A stretch of DNA of 63,827 nucleotides, counting the filler, from Octopus bimaculoides (taxonomy: Eukaryota): assembly GCF_001194135.2 (NCBI RefSeq). It is 9 parts of 8 records of this genome, joined end to end, with 100 filler letters (N's around TTAATTAATTAA, not from the genome) between each part and the next. Parts side by side here need not be neighbours in the genome. Positions count along the whole stretch, not along the records: positions 60,272 to 63,827 come from NW_026337092.1; 8 more parts are not named here. The stretch is one strand, 5' to 3'. This document shows positions 61,195 through 63,827 of this stretch, one piece after another (position 1 is the stretch's first letter; every line of letters starts with the position of its first letter). A program made the translations under genes and the position numbers. The notes beneath the pieces were generated by a model that saw only the letters and a list, made by a program, of their open reading frames with translations, had not been told where the DNA came from and searched no databases.

Positions 61195-61315
61195 TATCAT
61201 CATCATCATCATCATCGTTTAACGTCCGCTTTCCATGCTAGCATGGGTTGGACGATTTTACTGAGGACTGGCAGAGTTTCTACAGCTGGATGCCCTTCCT
61301 AACACCAACCACTCA
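61195..61315. mobile_element. RTE-like 3' tail repeat
   Basis: (CAT)nCGTTTAACGTCCGCTTTCCATGCTAGCATGGGTTGGACG. Confidence 0.7.
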
Positions 61316-61929
61316 GTTTTGGCTGCTATATCTAGCATGGTGGTGTCTTTTAGCTACCCTTAATTATAATTTGAATAATAATTATTACCTATGAGTGTTT
61401 TTATTCCCATGCTAGCCTCCTGATATGATCGGTATTTTAAATAACGATCTTATTCTTATTTACATACATATATATATATATGTATATACCAACAATAACC
61501 ACAGCAGCAGCAACAACAACAACACAAAGAATAGTGACTGCAGCAACAACAACAGCCGTAGCAACAAAAACAACCGCAACCCCACGAACACCAACAGCAA
61601 CAACAATAACAGGGGGAACGGACACACAGACACAGATAACCATAGGCACAAGAACACGGATAAAGGTAAGGTCATGGGGGGTCAAGAGGGAGAATAAAGT
61701 TGAATGCAACAGAATACTTGGGCAGGGAGTCAGTAGACTTAAAACAGAAAACACTAGGTGTGGTGGTAGCTATAGCGATAGTGGTGATGGTGGTAGTGGT
61801 GGTGTTGGTGATAGTAATAATAGTGATGATGATGATGGTGGTGGTGGTAATAATCGTGACAATAGTAGTGGCAGTAGTAGCGAGGGGAACGGTGGTAGCA
61901 GTAACGAGAGTAATAGTAGTAACAGTTAT

Positions 61930-62322
61930 GAAGAAGATAACCCCAGAGGGGCCAACAACATGAACACCAACCTCTTTGACACTCAATTCTTCAACATATG
62001 TGACAAAACTTATAATATGAGCCGGATATACCCGACAACATTACCCTTTAACAAAAGAGTCTGCATCCCTAAACATACTCATGACCACATGGAAGCACAG
62101 TTCACTATAGCTAGGACAAAACTTAGACAGATTTTAGACTTATACACTAAGAGACAGAGGCCCAACAACTTGGGAATATACCCGCAAGTGGCCTACACAA
62201 ACTCATGCAGCGCACGAAAAATGGAGAAGTGGTATGCCTTCCCACAGATAAGTCCGGCAGAATGTCAATAGACAGCTTGCCGAACTATATCCAGGCAATG
62301 CAACCTCACATCGCCAATATGA
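61930..62322 (+). mobile_element. Penelope-like ORF fragment N-terminal of the RT
   Basis: NKRVCIPK..EA..; after a frameshift, GLHKLMQRTKNGEVVCLPTDKSGRMSIDSLPNYIQAMQPHI, the conserved DK(S)G pre-RT motif. Confidence 0.7.
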
Positions 62323-63648
62323 ANNNNNNNNNNNNNNNNNNNNNNNNNNNNNNNNNNNNNNNNNNNNNNNNNNNNNNNNNNNNNNNNNNNNNNNNNNNNN
62401 NNNNNNNNNNNNNNNNNNNNNNNNNNNNNNNNNNNNNNNNNNNNNNNNNNNNNNNNNNNNNNNNNNNNNNNNNNNNNNNNNNNNNNNNNNNNNNNNNNNN
62501 NNNNNNNNNNNNNNNNNNNNNNNNNNNNNNNNNNNNNNNNNNNNNNNNNNNNNNNNNNNNNNNNNNNNNNNNNNNNNNNNNNNNNNNNNNNNNNNNNNNN
62601 NNNNNNNNNNNNNNNNNNNNNNNNNNNNNNNNNNNNNNNNNNNNNNNNNNNNNNNNNNNNNNNNNNNNNNNNNNNNNNNNNNNNNNNNNNNNNNNNNNNN
62701 NNNNNNNNNNNNNNNNNNNNNNNNNNNNNNNNNNNNNNNNNNNNNNNNNNNNNNNNNNNNNNNNNNNNNNNNNNNNNNNNNNNNNNNNNNNNNNNNNNNN
62801 NNNNNNNNNNNNNNNNNNNNNNNNNNNNNNNNNNNNNNNNNNNNNNNNNNNNNNNNNNNNNNNNNNNNNNNNNNNNNNNNNNNNNNNNNNNNNNNNNNNN
62901 NNNNNNNNNNNNNNNNNNNNNNNNNNNNNNNNNNNNNNNNNNNNNNNNNNNNNNNNNNNNNNNNNNNNNNNNNNNNNNNNNNNNNNNNNNNNNNNNNNNN
63001 NNNNNNNNNNNNNNNNNNNNNNNNNNNNNNNNNNNNNNNNNNNNNNNNNNNNNNNNNNNNNNNNNNNNNNNNNNNNNNNNNNNNNNNNNNNNNNNNNNNN
63101 NNNNNNNNNNNNNNNNNNNNNNNNNNNNNNNNNNNNNNNNNNNNNNNNNNNNNNNNNNNNNNNNNNNNNNNNNNNNNNNNNNNNNNNNNNNNNNNNNNNN
63201 NNNNNNGTTTTATGTAGTGTTTTTGGTAGCGAAAGACTTTCAAACTTCGTATACTCATCTATTTTGTGTTATAGAACAGAAAAAATTTTTTGTATTCGAA
63301 GTTATTTCATGTAAAAAATTGTCTTATTTCGATAATTTCAACCAATCACTGACAAGTATTCAGCTGTTTAGTTACTCCTTTGGCGGTTTAAGCGGTGTAA
63401 AGCGTATTTAATCTCCATTACTTCTGACATTTTGCAGAGAGGCAACACACGTCTTTTTCTTGTGCTAAGGAGGATATATTAATTTTTCCCATCGAGATTT
63501 TGTTTGCTGTTGCGGTGTGAGTTCGTGTCTGTCTAACTCCCTGTAGTGTACAACTGTTTAAATAACTGTTGGTATACAGTTATTTTCGCCCTACGGGGCG
63601 AAAAATTCCCTGTAAAAATTTTATTTGTGTTTTTGTCTTTTGACAAAT

Positions 63649-63827
63649 ATGGCTACTCTAATTGTAGCGGAAAGTGTCCTCCCCATGGAGGAAGAAAGTG
63701 TACGTAAAAGTGTTTCCAAAGGAAAACCAAGTTTTGCACAGGCTGTTGGAGGTGACTCCATTGAAATTAAAATGTCCAAAGAAAGTCTGTATACATACCG
63801 GAAATATGTACAAAAGGTGGATGGTGA
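63649..63827 (+). mobile_element. Probable non-LTR retrotransposon ORF1 start, open to the window end
   Basis: MATLIVAESVLPMEEESVRKSVSKGKPSFAQAVGG; the SFAQAV motif is typical of ORF1/gag-like N-termini. A host gene cannot be excluded. Confidence 0.5.

Noticed and set aside
635-63314. Long ORFs containing X runs
   Set aside because: They are read-through of N gaps flanked by microsatellites, not coding evidence.

Overview
AT-rich, microsatellite-dense and gap-ridden animal genomic DNA. The SINE families, TTAATTAATTAA gap spacers and a single-exon C2H2 array suggest an Octopus/cephalopod draft assembly; this is an inference. Only one intact host coding region is supportable: an 8-finger C2H2 zinc-finger exon at 41892-42617 (+), with a decayed ninth finger behind its stop codon. 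The rest is mostly mobile-element debris: at least four tRNA-derived SINE families, RTE-type 3' tails, Penelope-like element (PLE) fragments, R4/Dong-like RLE LINE, CR1 and L1/Tx1-like LINE fragments, a Gypsy gag, a mariner, a Chapaev-like transposase, and PiggyBac- and hAT-type MITEs. The most interesting unannotated layer is a set of hand-folded type I hammerhead ribozyme motifs. Four have intact cores (36102-, 48034-, 51873-, 60708+) and four are degenerate (10474+, 24342-, 32493+, 49161+). Several lie inverted and 5' of PLE coding remnants, and one lies inside a ~542-bp direct-repeat unit resembling a retrozyme. Also notable are a 4-kb purine-strand satellite with a conserved GCAGACGA motif, a perfect 74-bp palindrome, an inverted TTAGGG/CCCTAA array, and a CpG-rich candidate promoter. 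All calls were made by eye; no searches or folding programs were run, and many repeat boundaries are approximate.
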